Origin: a virus
Reading direction: 5' to 3' (one strand)
DNA length: 64,000 bases
Virus record (IMG/VR): IMGVR_UViG_3300025117_000049
Span: 1-64,000 of that record
Positions 18,798 through 28,438 of the stretch are shown here, piece by piece. The notes under the pieces are model-generated. The model was not told the DNA's origin and searched no databases. It worked only from the letters and a program-made list of their open reading frames with translations. The first letter of the stretch is position 1, and the number at the start of each line of letters is the position of its first letter. The position numbers and the translations under genes were made by a program.

Positions 18798-20835
18798 GGC
18801 TTCCCTCCTGCTTTTTATTATAGGCCGGCGGGCGGCAACCGGTCCTGGCATCCCGGAACCCGGACTCGGCCAGGAAGGACTTAACGGGCTCGCCATCCGA
18901 CCTGAACCATCCAGGATAGATATTAACATCCTGATTCTCAAAGTGTTCCGCCAGGCTGTTGAAGAACTTGGGCCAGTCACCATAGAACAGATCACCTTCA
19001 TATCCAACTGGTCGCCTGACCCTGAATTCCTCCAGGTATTTCTTCTTAAGCGCCCGGACAGTCCAGGCCAGCCGACCTTCCTGATCCTTAGCCAGATTGA
19101 TCGGCATCAGCCCCAGCGCCCGTTCATACTGGTTTTTGTATTCGTTAAGGTCTGGAGGAAATTCCTCTCGGGGCCGCTGAGGCGGGGCGAACCATAGGTG
19201 AACCAACCAAGAGTAGTTGTTGTTAGTCCGCATAGCCCAAGCTAACTCGACCTTCTCTCCCTTGCCTTTAAACTCGGCCGATTGCATATTGTTCAGCCGA
19301 GTGTAAAGCTCGTGGCGCTCAGACTCGGAAAATTTGATGGAAAGAAAATTCCTTGTGATGTATTCCTTTGAAAGCGGGTAATTGAGCTGGCCCGGTTTCT
19401 TCCCGACCATAACCGATAAGATAGCTTTTATCTCATCAGGCCTCAATCCATTTACAGGGCTAATGGCCAATGCTCGGATCATCCCCAGGGCGTTATCGTA
19501 TATCCAGGTTCCAGGCTTAGAGATGTTGATAAAAGGACATTCTTTTTTAATCCAATCGATGTCGGCCAGATATCTGGCGTCATAGCGACCATCATTTGTC
19601 GGCTTGAATTGTCTGATTTTGCGCTTGGGTTTGAATTCACGATGGGCAGACCTGGAAGCTGTGCCTACAGTCTTTATTTTGTTCTGCCGGTATGCTTCCC
19701 ATCTGGCGTGTTCCTCGGGGGTATCATCATAGGGGACTTTGGCCATATTATTGTTTTCCTTTAAGGAGGGGTTTTGTTCACTCTCTTTATAGGGGAGGTT
19801 TTGATTATTTTGGTTTTGTAAAGAGGGGGTATTTTGAAAAACTCCTTGGCCACGAACAGAATGTTCGCTTGATTGACTTAGTTTATTATAAAGTAATAAA
19901 CTAAAGTCAATATCTATACCTAATATATACCTATATTTAGTTTTATTAAGGGTTGGAAATAGTTTTATTAAGGGTTCGGGCAATGCATTGATGAATTTGA
20001 CCAGCTCTTTTCCTTCTAATTTAACCAGAGCCCCCTTATGTTTGATAAGGTCTAGATGATGGGTCTTGATGCTGATTTTAGATACTCCTAACCTTCTTGC
20101 CATGGTTTCTGTTTTCATTTTTTGGAAGGCCAGGCGGGCGGCAAGCACGATTTTCTGGGGGGTAGTGAGGTTGAGCAGGAATATAGTCGGATTCACAAAT
20201 AACTGCCCTTTTTTGTTTTGTTGGCAGCTTCTGCATATTGCTATGGCGGTTTTGTCTACTTGAATAGCCCTATTGCTACCTTGCCTGTTTGATATGGAAA
20301 TAAGTTTATCGGCCTCTAATTGATTGAGAATCCTGATGGGAGTATTTGGCTGGGCTTTATCTTTGGCCTTTTTACCCCTTACAGGTCTTGGACCGCGCTT
20401 AGCTTCTATTTCACGGTCACTCAGCCTTGATATACCTTGCTGGTCAGATGTCCAGGCCAGGATAGTCAGTAATACCCGAGCCTCTATGGTTGGACCGAAT
20501 CTCTTCTTGTTACAGAGGATAGCCCATGGGATCGTTATGAATGTGTCTTTTTGGAATTGCCTTGAGCTTGATTGTTGGTCGTACAGCCCTCTGTTTTGCG
20601 GCATCCACCTGTAGTCTTTTTTTGCGCCTGGAGATTCGATGAGGTCGTTTCTGGGCTTGATCTTGAAGGCAGGCGGGGTGGCGGCTTCAGCTTGGAACTG
20701 TAAGGAAACATCTCTCCTTGTATGCCCCGCTTGATTTGGTTCTGGCTCATTCCCACATAGAACGGATCGGCCTTCAGCCTTTTCTTCAATTCCTTGATCT
20801 TGGACTTGGGAATCCATGGCAATAGTCCTGTCCAT
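18784..20835 (-). CDS. putative replication/DNA-binding protein with tandem winged-HTH regions (start uncertain)
   Basis: FITIPWAIL...ARVLLTIL...LSDREI and METMARRLGVSK-like HTH patterns. Confidence 0.55.
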   Translation of the reverse strand: MDRTIAMDSQVQDQGIEEKAEGRSVLCGNEPEPNQAGHTRRDVSLQFQAEAATPPAFKIKPRNDLIESPGAKKDYRWMPQNRGLYDQQSSSRQFQKDTFITIPWAILCNKKRFGPTIEARVLLTILAWTSDQQGISRLSDREIEAKRGPRPVRGKKAKDKAQPNTPIRILNQLEADKLISISNRQGSNRAIQVDKTAIAICRSCQQNKKGQLFVNPTIFLLNLTTPQKIVLAARLAFQKMKTETMARRLGVSKISIKTHHLDLIKHKGALVKLEGKELVKFINALPEPLIKLFPTLNKTKYRYILGIDIDFSLLLYNKLSQSSEHSVRGQGVFQNTPSLQNQNNQNLPYKESEQNPSLKENNNMAKVPYDDTPEEHARWEAYRQNKIKTVGTASRSAHREFKPKRKIRQFKPTNDGRYDARYLADIDWIKKECPFINISKPGTWIYDNALGMIRALAISPVNGLRPDEIKAILSVMVGKKPGQLNYPLSKEYITRNFLSIKFSESERHELYTRLNNMQSAEFKGKGEKVELAWAMRTNNNYSWLVHLWFAPPQRPREEFPPDLNEYKNQYERALGLMPINLAKDQEGRLAWTVRALKKKYLEEFRVRRPVGYEGDLFYGDWPKFFNSLAEHFENQDVNIYPGWFRSDGEPVKSFLAESGFRDARTGCRPPAYNKKQEGSHAQW

Positions 20836-21125
20836 GAAACAGTCTCCTCGTCAACATAGCCAAGCCTGATTAGCCGGTTATATGAGCTGTCAATATGTTG
20901 TTTGATGAAAGGGGTATCTGGGAGTTCGAATTGCTTCAGAACATATTGCATATCAAATGGGAGCTCTTCTTGATCATAGGGGTCGTGCTTGATGAATAAA
21001 GTCAATAACCCCTTGTCAATATAGGAGAGGCCACAGTTTGCTTCTGGGAGTTCACGCAGCCAAAAAGGAGTGGTGAGATGGTTTTTAAAGTCAAGGTTGA
21101 TTGGAAATTGCAGGATTTTTGCCAT
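20535..21125 (-). CDS. putative winged-HTH protein
   Basis: PFWLREL...LSYIDKGLL...YNRLIRLGYV; ATG at 21125 after GGATGG. Confidence 0.55.
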   Translation of the reverse strand: MAKILQFPINLDFKNHLTTPFWLRELPEANCGLSYIDKGLLTLFIKHDPYDQEELPFDMQYVLKQFELPDTPFIKQHIDSSYNRLIRLGYVDEETVSWTGLLPWIPKSKIKELKKRLKADPFYVGMSQNQIKRGIQGEMFPYSSKLKPPPRLPSRSSPETTSSNLQAQKKTTGGCRKTEGCTTNNQAQGNSKKTHS

Positions 21126-21133
21126 TGGTAATA

Positions 21134-21240
21134 TCCATCCAACCACCTTTGCTTTCCATCCTCCTCGGCGAAGAGGTTGTTGAAGGGGGCTTCGCCACCC
21201 CCTTCAACGATGGATGGACTTAGCGAAACTTCGGTGGGTT
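21134..21240 (-). promoter_or_regulatory. structured 5' leader (multi-hairpin, alternative anti-SD pairing)
   Basis: 11-bp stem 21179-21208, small hairpin 21163-21176, and TCCATCCA able to pair with two GGATGGA sites. Confidence 0.55.
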
Positions 21241-21246
21241 ATTATT

Positions 21247-21276
21247 ATTATAAATATTTCGGCCCCAAACCCCTAA
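21247..21276 (-). promoter_or_regulatory. phage-specific promoter motif TTAGGGGTTT-N10-TATTTATAAT
   Basis: One of four copies with identical spacing. Confidence 0.7.
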
Positions 21277-21292
21277 TTTATTTTTTAGGGGT

Positions 21293-21841
21293 TCACTTGT
21301 AATATTTGATAGTGGTCATATACCCACCTCCACCGGTCGGAATGGAATTTACAATGGTCTTGCCCGGCCGATAGCCATAACCCCGGTATCCATAATACGG
21401 CCTGGAGGCAGCCGCCCCGGCAATGGCCCCGGCCCCAGCCACTCCGACTGCAAGGGTTCCAATGGGCATCATCCTCTCGGACATCTCAGACTGGACTTTG
21501 ATGTCGTATAATATGCCTTTGCTGTCGAACCATAGGTCTACGACCCTGATAACTGATGTCTGGCGGCCGGCCGCTATGTCAACAATGGGAATAAAGGCGG
21601 CGGCATTGACGCTGGTCTCGGCTCCCATATATCGCCAGGCCTCGCAGGTGATGTCGCCATTGGCCAGGAGTTGGGGCATTTCGCTTTCCTTGGGTTCTCC
21701 GAGCAAGGCCCTGGCCGCATCCTTGGTGGTCACCCCGATCTGGAGCGAGCTCATAAAATTGGAGTTCATGATGGTCTTGTTGCCAGTGGTAGAGCAGCCC
21801 ATCATCATTAAGGCAATCACAATCAAAATTACAGTCTTCAT
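21293..21841 (-). CDS. lipoprotein, SmpA/OmlA (BamE)-like
   Basis: Lipobox MMGC; LQIGVTTKDAARALLGEP, WRY, LWFDSKGIL. Confidence 0.75.
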   Translation of the reverse strand: MKTVILIVIALMMMGCSTTGNKTIMNSNFMSSLQIGVTTKDAARALLGEPKESEMPQLLANGDITCEAWRYMGAETSVNAAAFIPIVDIAAGRQTSVIRVVDLWFDSKGILYDIKVQSEMSERMMPIGTLAVGVAGAGAIAGAAASRPYYGYRGYGYRPGKTIVNSIPTGGGGYMTTIKYYK

Positions 21842-21865
21842 TTTTTCTTGCCTCCTTAGTTTTGG

Positions 21866-21941
21866 TGGTGCGGGTGGTGGGACTCGAACCCACGGCTTCG
21901 TGCTCCCAGGGCACGCACTCTACCAACTGAGCTACACCCAC
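21866..21941 (-). tRNA. tRNA-Pro(UGG), atypical
   Basis: 76-nt cloverleaf: GTGGGTG/CACCCGC acceptor, GCTC-AGTTGGTA-GAGT D arm, CGTGC-CCTGGGA-GCACG anticodon arm, TTCGAGT T loop, encoded CCA. Confidence 0.9.
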
Positions 21942-21949
21942 GGGTTAAC

Positions 21950-22183
21950 TCATCCCCTCATTATGGGTTGGCCCCGGCCCTTGAGGAACTCCCTGAGCAG
22001 GGTGGGGCTGATACGGAACTCACCTCCGACCTTGACCCCCAGCGGGTAGCCGTCCACCTCATACCGTTTGCCCCAAGTGACTAGAGTAGTGTCTTGGCAA
22101 CGACACTTTTCCCGCAGGTCCGGGTGTTCGGCCATCAGGTCCGTCAGGCTGATATAATCTTCCGGTTGGTTATTGTTGGTCAT
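21950..22183 (-). CDS. excisionase/MerR-like HTH protein
   Basis: YISLTDL...TLVTW...KVGGEFRI...LREFL. Confidence 0.65.
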   Translation of the reverse strand: MTNNNQPEDYISLTDLMAEHPDLREKCRCQDTTLVTWGKRYEVDGYPLGVKVGGEFRISPTLLREFLKGRGQPIMRG

Positions 22184-22404
22184 AGCTCTGCCTCCAAACA
22201 TGCTGGGCACCGTTGAAGCCAACTATCGGTTTGATCTAAGTCTGTCAGCGAACCAGGATCTTTTCGGCCTGGGTTTTTTGTTGGAAATAACATACATACT
22301 GGAATTGTCCCCATCCTTCGCGAGCCCAAGAACTGACAAAACTTTCCTGGTTCGCTGGCACAAGTAGTTTCTCCGCAATTAATATTGATTTTTAAGGTTT
22401 TCAT
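22180..22404 (-). CDS. small Cys-rich hypothetical protein
   Basis: Coupled ORF with six Cys. Confidence 0.6.
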   Translation of the reverse strand: MKTLKININCGETTCASEPGKFCQFLGSRRMGTIPVCMLFPTKNPGRKDPGSLTDLDQTDSWLQRCPACLEAEL

Positions 22405-22405
22405 C

Positions 22406-23314
22406 CTACCCTCCTAATAACTCCTGTTTTAATTTTTGCGCCTCATCTTGCTCCATGTCCCCTGGGTCGCCTCCGTCCAGCAGGATGTTCTCTGCCTGTA
22501 CTCCCATGCCGGATAGCGCTCGACAGAGCTTCCTGGCCAATGCCTGGGCCTGGGCCTCGCCATCATAGACGAAGAACACCTGGGAATACTCGGCTAACAG
22601 CCGCACCTGGGCAAGCCTGACCTTGGTTCCGAAGGTGGCGCAGCAGCCGTCTCCCAGGCGCCAGACGTCGGTTATCCCCTCAACCACCATGATGCTCCGG
22701 CCCCGGCAGTTGTCCAGGTTGTATAGAATGCTCTTGTGTTGTATTTCTTCCTTGTCTGGCCCGGCGGAAATGTACCTGAGCTCGGCCCGGTCCGTTATGT
22801 CCCGGGCCTGCCATGATACCATTCGCCCCCGGTGGAATATCGGTATGACGATCCGGTGGGGCAGATGGCCAGCTGGTCCGGTCCCCAACAGGTTGTACCG
22901 GCGCTCCAGTTCATCTGGGTCGAACCTGCGCCTCCTGAGGTATTCCTTGTGATTGTTTCCCAATTTATGAGTTCCCAGCGGAAGTTGCAGCTTGCCGGGC
23001 TCCCTGGGCTTGGCCATCTGGATGGGCAGTCTGACGTCGGTCGTGTATTGCCGAACCCGCTTACATGCATCCAGATAGCCGATGCCCTCGATGGCCTGGA
23101 TCACGGATTCCAAGCTGTGGTTACCACATTTCCAACAAGTATATTTTGCCCCTGACCAACCTGGCGGGGCGAACTGACCGTGATTTGTGTTGTCTCCGCA
23201 GGCAAGTGGGCAGCGGATGTTTATCCAGCCTAGCGGCGAGCTTCGAACATTCTTACCGCTGGTCCACATCTGGATGAACAGGTCGTTCAGGTATTGGCGG
23301 GCGTCGAAGTGCAT
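22406..23314 (-). CDS. DNA primase (Zn finger + TOPRIM)
   Basis: CPLAC...CWKC; VVEGITD, FGT, YDGE, GDPGD. Confidence 0.9.
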   Translation of the reverse strand: MHFDARQYLNDLFIQMWTSGKNVRSSPLGWINIRCPLACGDNTNHGQFAPPGWSGAKYTCWKCGNHSLESVIQAIEGIGYLDACKRVRQYTTDVRLPIQMAKPREPGKLQLPLGTHKLGNNHKEYLRRRRFDPDELERRYNLLGTGPAGHLPHRIVIPIFHRGRMVSWQARDITDRAELRYISAGPDKEEIQHKSILYNLDNCRGRSIMVVEGITDVWRLGDGCCATFGTKVRLAQVRLLAEYSQVFFVYDGEAQAQALARKLCRALSGMGVQAENILLDGGDPGDMEQDEAQKLKQELLGG

Positions 23315-23316
23315 AG

Positions 23317-23634
23317 TTAAATGTCTACCCCACCAATCTCCTTTAACTTGACCTCGGCCAATTCCTGTGCCTGGCCGGCCCGGTCTAGCTGGTAGTTGAG
23401 CATGGATATCTGCCTGCGCTTGCGGGCGATGAAATTAACCAAGGCCTCCTTTCTGGTGGGATAGGCGAATCGCTTGCGGGCCGTCTTGCTGACCCAGCGC
23501 TTTTTGGGGTTATTAAACGGATAGGCTTGAAATATCCACCACCCGCAGGGGGTTTCCTTGATGAGGGAGAAGGTTGATTCCCTTAACGCCGGCCCATCTT
23601 CATATTCAATCTGGTCGTAGCGGTAGAAAATCAT
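23317..23634 (-). CDS. hypothetical phage protein
   Basis: KETPCGWWI...KRWVSK...RKRFAYPT motif. Confidence 0.7.
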   Translation of the reverse strand: MIFYRYDQIEYEDGPALRESTFSLIKETPCGWWIFQAYPFNNPKKRWVSKTARKRFAYPTRKEALVNFIARKRRQISMLNYQLDRAGQAQELAEVKLKEIGGVDI

Positions 23635-23636
23635 GG

Positions 23637-23951
23637 TTAATACCCCTTGCCATGTTTTAGTGGGCACCAGCTTGGAATGGAATATCCGTCGTTTGGCAAT
23701 ACCCGGTTTTCCCAGTTGGCTCCACTCTTTTTGAATATCTCCTTTCCTTCTTTATGTTCGTGTGGGTTTTGGCTGTTGATTTTTTGAAAATCCTGCTTGG
23801 TTAAATAGTGCAGGCCTTTTACCCTGGTGACCATGTCGATGGCATCTGGATGCCCGCAGATCATCTTGGCTCCTCCCGGGGTGAAGGCCCCGGAATGGTC
23901 GATGTGCCGGCATTCATGGCAATTGCCTATGGTCTTGATCCATTTACTCAT
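23637..23951 (-). CDS. hypothetical Cys-containing protein
   Basis: CHECRH...IPSWCPL. Confidence 0.65.
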   Translation of the reverse strand: MSKWIKTIGNCHECRHIDHSGAFTPGGAKMICGHPDAIDMVTRVKGLHYLTKQDFQKINSQNPHEHKEGKEIFKKSGANWENRVLPNDGYSIPSWCPLKHGKGY

Positions 23952-24615
23952 AAGCCACCCGATTCCGAACCACCACCGGCGTCAACCCCCGCTTGGCCAG
24001 CCGCTCCAGGTCCTCTTCGGTTTCATCTCCCTTGACCACATACTCGATGGCGCCGGGGCGGAAGACTGAGAAGATGGCTGGGAGCCAATCTGATTCATTG
24101 GTTTCAAGATTTCCACCAATAGCGTAGCCTTTCCGATGGGCCAGCAGTACCCAGGTCTTACCCGGTTCGAACCCCTTGGGCACGGCGCTGATACGGCGAC
24201 TGATGCCCATGGTGTTGGCCTCCTGTAGAAAATCATCCGGGGTTTTGTAGAACTTTTCCCCGATCCAGAGTAGGCCGGCCATGCCGATAATTTGTGGTGC
24301 TGCCAATGGGCATTTTGGGATAAACCCGAAATTTTTATAAAAATCTTCCGGGTTTTTGAGTGAATAAAAAGGCATACCAGGCAGCGTCCCCATTTCTTTA
24401 CAGAGGGGCTCTTTTTCGAACAATTGCCCTGCATCGACCCAGGTCCAGCTCCGGGCCGGCTTAATCCCGGCCCTGCAGCACGGGCATACAGTCAATGGAA
24501 ACGGCAATTTGCAACAGGACTGCCCCGTGGGTGGCCCAACCAGGTAGATGCCGCCCGGTTTGCGATAACCACAGCCACGCTTGCCTTCAACCCGTTTTTG
24601 AATTTCAATAGCCAT
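23944..24615 (-). CDS. hypothetical phage protein
   Basis: RGCGYRKPGGIYL, LLWIGEKFY...EANTMGISRR. Confidence 0.7.
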   Translation of the reverse strand: MAIEIQKRVEGKRGCGYRKPGGIYLVGPPTGQSCCKLPFPLTVCPCCRAGIKPARSWTWVDAGQLFEKEPLCKEMGTLPGMPFYSLKNPEDFYKNFGFIPKCPLAAPQIIGMAGLLWIGEKFYKTPDDFLQEANTMGISRRISAVPKGFEPGKTWVLLAHRKGYAIGGNLETNESDWLPAIFSVFRPGAIEYVVKGDETEEDLERLAKRGLTPVVVRNRVAYE

Positions 24616-24759
24616 CAATAAGCCCTCCACGCCAGATAAGTCAACAGTGACATCAGACCCAGGATGATGGCCCCGTAAAAGAAACCGCTCATCCAGGGAA
24701 TGTGCCAGGGAATCTTAACTTTTTTGGCCGGGGCCTGACATGGCCAGCCTTGCCAATCA

Positions 24760-25017
24760 TCATTCGGATTGCTCATTGGGCTTCTCCTTTTCCATCAGGT
24801 GGATATACAGACCCTTGCCGTCAGACTGTAATGCTTTAAGTGCTTGGACGTAATTAGCAAGCACTAGATAGGCCGTGGACCGTTCACCGTAAGGCCCGTA
24901 GGCCATGGTTTTGGTTTCATCCCAGAAGTACCATCCTGGCCCAGACCAACCCCAAAGGTCGCCATCCGGGCCAGGCTCATCGATGTATTGTAGGCCATCA
25001 ACGGTCTCTTTTCTCAT
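24760..25017 (-). CDS. hypothetical protein
   Basis: GWYFWDET...GPY; coupled to the helicase. Confidence 0.6.
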   Translation of the reverse strand: MRKETVDGLQYIDEPGPDGDLWGWSGPGWYFWDETKTMAYGPYGERSTAYLVLANYVQALKALQSDGKGLYIHLMEKEKPNEQSE

Positions 25018-27203
25018 TTTCCTTTCCTTGACTTTAACTTCCTGAACAACTCGCCCAGGAGGGTTTCTTCCTTGGCCTTCTTGCCGTCCAACACCTGCCC
25101 CAGCACGTCGGCCTTAGCATCCAGCATGGTGGCGATGTCCTCATCGATGGTATCTTCAGCCACCAGGTAATAAACATTGACGGTATTTTCCTGGCCGATG
25201 CGGTGGGCTCTGTCTTCGGCCTGGCAAACTGCCCCCGGCGTCCAAGGCAATTCCATAAAGGCTACATGGGAGGCGGCGGTGAGCGTAATTCCGACTCCAG
25301 CCGCAGCTACGTTTCCCACGAATACCTGAACCGAATCGTCATTCTGAAAGCGGTCCACAGCCGACTGTCGCTGTTCCTGACTCTCTTTACCGGTCAGCCT
25401 CACTGCCTGCGATCCGAATTCCTTCATCAGCTGATCCACAACCCAATGATGGACGGCGAAGACAATAATCTTCTCGCCTTGTTCAACCACATCCTTGATC
25501 CAGCTGATGGCGGCCTTGATCTTGCCGCGGGCGGCCAACTGCTTTAATTTGCCAATAGCTACCAGGACCTCGGCTCCGGCTGCCCGGTCTGCCTTGTCTT
25601 TGCCGATCCTCTTGGCCGCCTGGTCAATTTCTTCCTCAGTGGCAAGCAGTTGCTCTTCGGTCAGCCTGTCCCTGGCCACGTCGGTCTCGTGCCGTTCCAG
25701 CCATCCCAGGAAGTCATCCACTGCCCTGTTGTATTCTGGCCGGTTCTCCAATTCCAGCGGCACTACCGACCTGATCTTGGCCGGAAGGTCCTTGAGGACA
25801 TCTTTTTTCAACCTACGGATCATGATGCCAGTTTCGGGGTTCGTCAGGATATGATGCAATTCCTGGGTATTGCTGGCCCCGGTGTATTCGGTGGCAAAGC
25901 CATTGAACTTGGGGGCACAGTATTTGCTGGCGTACTTGTACCAGCTGGGGAACACCGTGGGATTGACCAGGTTGATGGCATTGTAGAACTCGATGGGCCG
26001 GTTGATGATTGGTGTCCCGCTCATGGCAATTACATGGGGAACATCCTTGGCCAGGTCTTTGACTGCCTGGGTCCGCTGGGCCTTTTGGTTCTTGATGTAA
26101 TGAGACTCATCAAGAACCACCACTTGCGGATTGATGGCCTTAATGGTTTTGACCCAATCTTTTAGGATGTCATAGTTGATGATGATTATGGAGCCCCAAA
26201 GTTTTTGCCCATTGCCATTTGGCCGCCCGCTGACCACCTGCACCAACTCCTCTTCGGATAGCCACTTACAGGCCTCACGCTGCCAATTGATCTTCAAGCT
26301 GGCAGGCACGACCACAATGGCAGGGCGGGCTTCTGGATGCATTCTCAGCCATGATAAGGCTTGGATGGTTTTGCCCAGGCCCATTTCATCTCCGATTAAG
26401 GCGCGGCCTCGGCGAGATTCAAGGAACTTTAATCCATCTGCTTGGAACCTGAATAGCTTTAATTCTGGAGGCAAGCTGATTTCTCCTACCTCCTTGGGCC
26501 GGAACTGATCCAGGTAAGCGACCAGCTCAGCAGCCACATCAAACCCCCACTTGTCCAGCATGGTCATAAGTTGTTGGCTGGGAGGGGCAGTCCAGAAGAA
26601 CTTGTCGGGATTCCAACGTCGCCCCGGGCACTCCTTTACTTCGGTTAGGATGGTCTGAAAGTCCACATCCCACCGGTCCCAGTGTAGGATGGCAGTCTGG
26701 CCATTCAATTCTGCCTTGCGGGGCTTGATGGCCAAGGGCTTCGGTGCCTCCGGCAATTGAGGCAGGCTATTGATCCGCTCCAGATCACCCACGTAGATGC
26801 GGGCGTCGGGCAGGGTGGTTATGGCGGCATCCAGGTTGGTCTTGCAGGCAGGCACTGACCATTGCCGGCTGCCGGAGTAGTCGAAATTCCATCCTGCAAT
26901 GGCCTTGATCTGGCGGCGCACTGAGCCATCCTCATCGAATTTGAATTGGAGTATCAGCCGGTCTCCCTTGGTGGTTAGGCTGATGATGCTGGGGCCGTCG
27001 TCCTTGGTGGCGGCCACGAGGGCCGAGTCCATGGCCAGGTTGAGGCGGGCCAATTCCTTCTGGCAGATCATCAGCTTCTCGGCACAGATAGGGCCGATGC
27101 CCGAAGCATAACTGTCCGGCTCCGTCAGCTCCCGGCCGCAACGCTTGCAGTGAATGACCGGTCGCCTGTCCATGGTTTCAATGGTGGCTTTGTCGGCGTT
27201 CAT
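25014..27203 (-). CDS. SNF2-family (SMARCAL1/HARP-like) helicase with N-terminal zinc finger
   Basis: DEMGLGKT, DESH, SGTP, QAEDRAHRIGQ; N-terminal CKRCGRELT...GIGPIC; two W-rich HARP-like repeats. Confidence 0.9.
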   Translation of the reverse strand: MNADKATIETMDRRPVIHCKRCGRELTEPDSYASGIGPICAEKLMICQKELARLNLAMDSALVAATKDDGPSIISLTTKGDRLILQFKFDEDGSVRRQIKAIAGWNFDYSGSRQWSVPACKTNLDAAITTLPDARIYVGDLERINSLPQLPEAPKPLAIKPRKAELNGQTAILHWDRWDVDFQTILTEVKECPGRRWNPDKFFWTAPPSQQLMTMLDKWGFDVAAELVAYLDQFRPKEVGEISLPPELKLFRFQADGLKFLESRRGRALIGDEMGLGKTIQALSWLRMHPEARPAIVVVPASLKINWQREACKWLSEEELVQVVSGRPNGNGQKLWGSIIIINYDILKDWVKTIKAINPQVVVLDESHYIKNQKAQRTQAVKDLAKDVPHVIAMSGTPIINRPIEFYNAINLVNPTVFPSWYKYASKYCAPKFNGFATEYTGASNTQELHHILTNPETGIMIRRLKKDVLKDLPAKIRSVVPLELENRPEYNRAVDDFLGWLERHETDVARDRLTEEQLLATEEEIDQAAKRIGKDKADRAAGAEVLVAIGKLKQLAARGKIKAAISWIKDVVEQGEKIIVFAVHHWVVDQLMKEFGSQAVRLTGKESQEQRQSAVDRFQNDDSVQVFVGNVAAAGVGITLTAASHVAFMELPWTPGAVCQAEDRAHRIGQENTVNVYYLVAEDTIDEDIATMLDAKADVLGQVLDGKKAKEETLLGELFRKLKSRKGK

Positions 27204-27223
27204 CTTTTAACTCCTATGGCTTA

Positions 27224-27397
27224 TTATAGGTTATTTTGACGATATTCATTCAGCAGTTCTTCTAGTGCTTCTCCGGCTCCATTTCTGCCAGTTTCATAGC
27301 CACTGCCGTATTCTCCACCGCCAGCAGAAGCCCAACATTCTTCTTGTAATCTGGCGGCAAGTTCTCTGAGCCTTTGAAGAAATTCTTGTTCTGTCAT
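27224..27397 (-). CDS. small hypothetical protein (57 aa)
   Basis: AAGGAG RBS, MTEQEFLQRL. Confidence 0.5.
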   Translation of the reverse strand: MTEQEFLQRLRELAARLQEECWASAGGGEYGSGYETGRNGAGEALEELLNEYRQNNL

Positions 27398-27408
27398 CTT
27401 TTTCTCCT

Positions 27409-27930
27409 TTACAGCTCCGCCAACATCGCCTTGACCTCGGCAAATGCCCGGTCAATCCTGCTGTGTGCCCATCCCAGGCTCCGCAGGTACTGTCTGACCG
27501 ATCCCTGGCTGGGCCTGACCCACCTGATGGTCCAGTCGATTAACTCCCAGGGAATGTTCAGCACCAGCCAAACCACCTCCAGAGCCTCCTGGGACAGTCC
27601 GGCCACCCCAGACCTGAACTTGGCCTCCTCATATGGTCCCGGCCCCGGATCGGGTGCTTCCAGCGCCTCCGGCTCGTCCAGGGACACAACCTCCTCACAA
27701 TAGTTCCGGCAGCCCTGTATCCGGCCCATAAAGTCCCGGCATTGCCAGGCCAGATGGGTGCTGAACTTGCCCTTGGTCTGGTCCCAGGACTTGACTGCAT
27801 TGGTGAAGGCCAGCGAACCGGCCGACACCAGCTCCTCGAAGTCTAGCAGCGGGTTGTACCGCACCCGCTTCCAGGCCTCGGACCGTATCAGATCAACATA
27901 GTCCTTGTATTGCGGAGCCTCTTTCATCAA
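27409..27930 (-). CDS. sigma-70-family-like factor
   Basis: Region-2-like DFEELVSAGSLAF...WDQTKGKFSTH. Confidence 0.65.
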   Translation of the reverse strand: MMKEAPQYKDYVDLIRSEAWKRVRYNPLLDFEELVSAGSLAFTNAVKSWDQTKGKFSTHLAWQCRDFMGRIQGCRNYCEEVVSLDEPEALEAPDPGPGPYEEAKFRSGVAGLSQEALEVVWLVLNIPWELIDWTIRWVRPSQGSVRQYLRSLGWAHSRIDRAFAEVKAMLAEL

Positions 27931-27955
27931 GTTTTCTCCTTATTTAGTTTTGTAG

Positions 27956-28012
27956 TTGACCAATCATGGCAACCGCCAGGGCCTTACCCCTGGGGCTGCC
28001 AAAATGGGTCAA
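27956..28012 (-). other. long intergenic hairpin (possible RNA processing site)
   Basis: Nested TTGACC/GGTCAA, TGGCA/TGCCA and CCAGGG/CCCTGG stems. Confidence 0.5.
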
Positions 28013-28252
28013 TTAGTAATGATAGATGACTCGGTTCTCGTCCACGATGACCTTGAGCCCGAACTGCTCGGCTAAGGGCCTCATTGCCCGCCGAATGGAT
28101 GCGGTCCACTTGACGTAGCTCTTCATGGCCGTCCGGGGATTGATGATCAGTTGACCCGGGCGCTTTTCAAGCCGGGCTCCGAGATTGTCGGCCATGGCCT
28201 TGAACTGCCGCTTAACATGCCGCTTGCTGAATCTCTGCGCATTTTCTGACAT
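28013..28252 (-). CDS. hypothetical protein
   Basis: AAGGAG RBS. Confidence 0.6.
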   Translation of the reverse strand: MSENAQRFSKRHVKRQFKAMADNLGARLEKRPGQLIINPRTAMKSYVKWTASIRRAMRPLAEQFGLKVIVDENRVIYHY

Positions 28253-28283
28253 GATGTTGTTCTCCTTAATGCGGGATTGTGAT

Positions 28284-28427
28284 TTAACGAAAAAGTTTTC
28301 CCAATAGGCGACCCGTGACCTTGCCTGCCACCCGCCGCCCGATCCTTTTGACAATGGCGTTTGGCCCATGCTGTATGGCATTGATGTCGCCCATGAGCCT
28401 TGCCAGCCAGTATAAGAATGATCTCAT
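28284..28427 (-). CDS. small basic protein
   Basis: MRSFLYWLARLMGDINAI...KRIGRRVAGK with RBS. Confidence 0.6.
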   Translation of the reverse strand: MRSFLYWLARLMGDINAIQHGPNAIVKRIGRRVAGKVTGRLLGKLFR

Positions 28428-28438
28428 TCCACCTCTCC

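Noticed and set aside
21866-22183. Prophage attachment site at the tRNA next to an excisionase-like gene
   Set aside because: No integrase or duplicated tRNA 3' end seen; phage genes continue on both sides.
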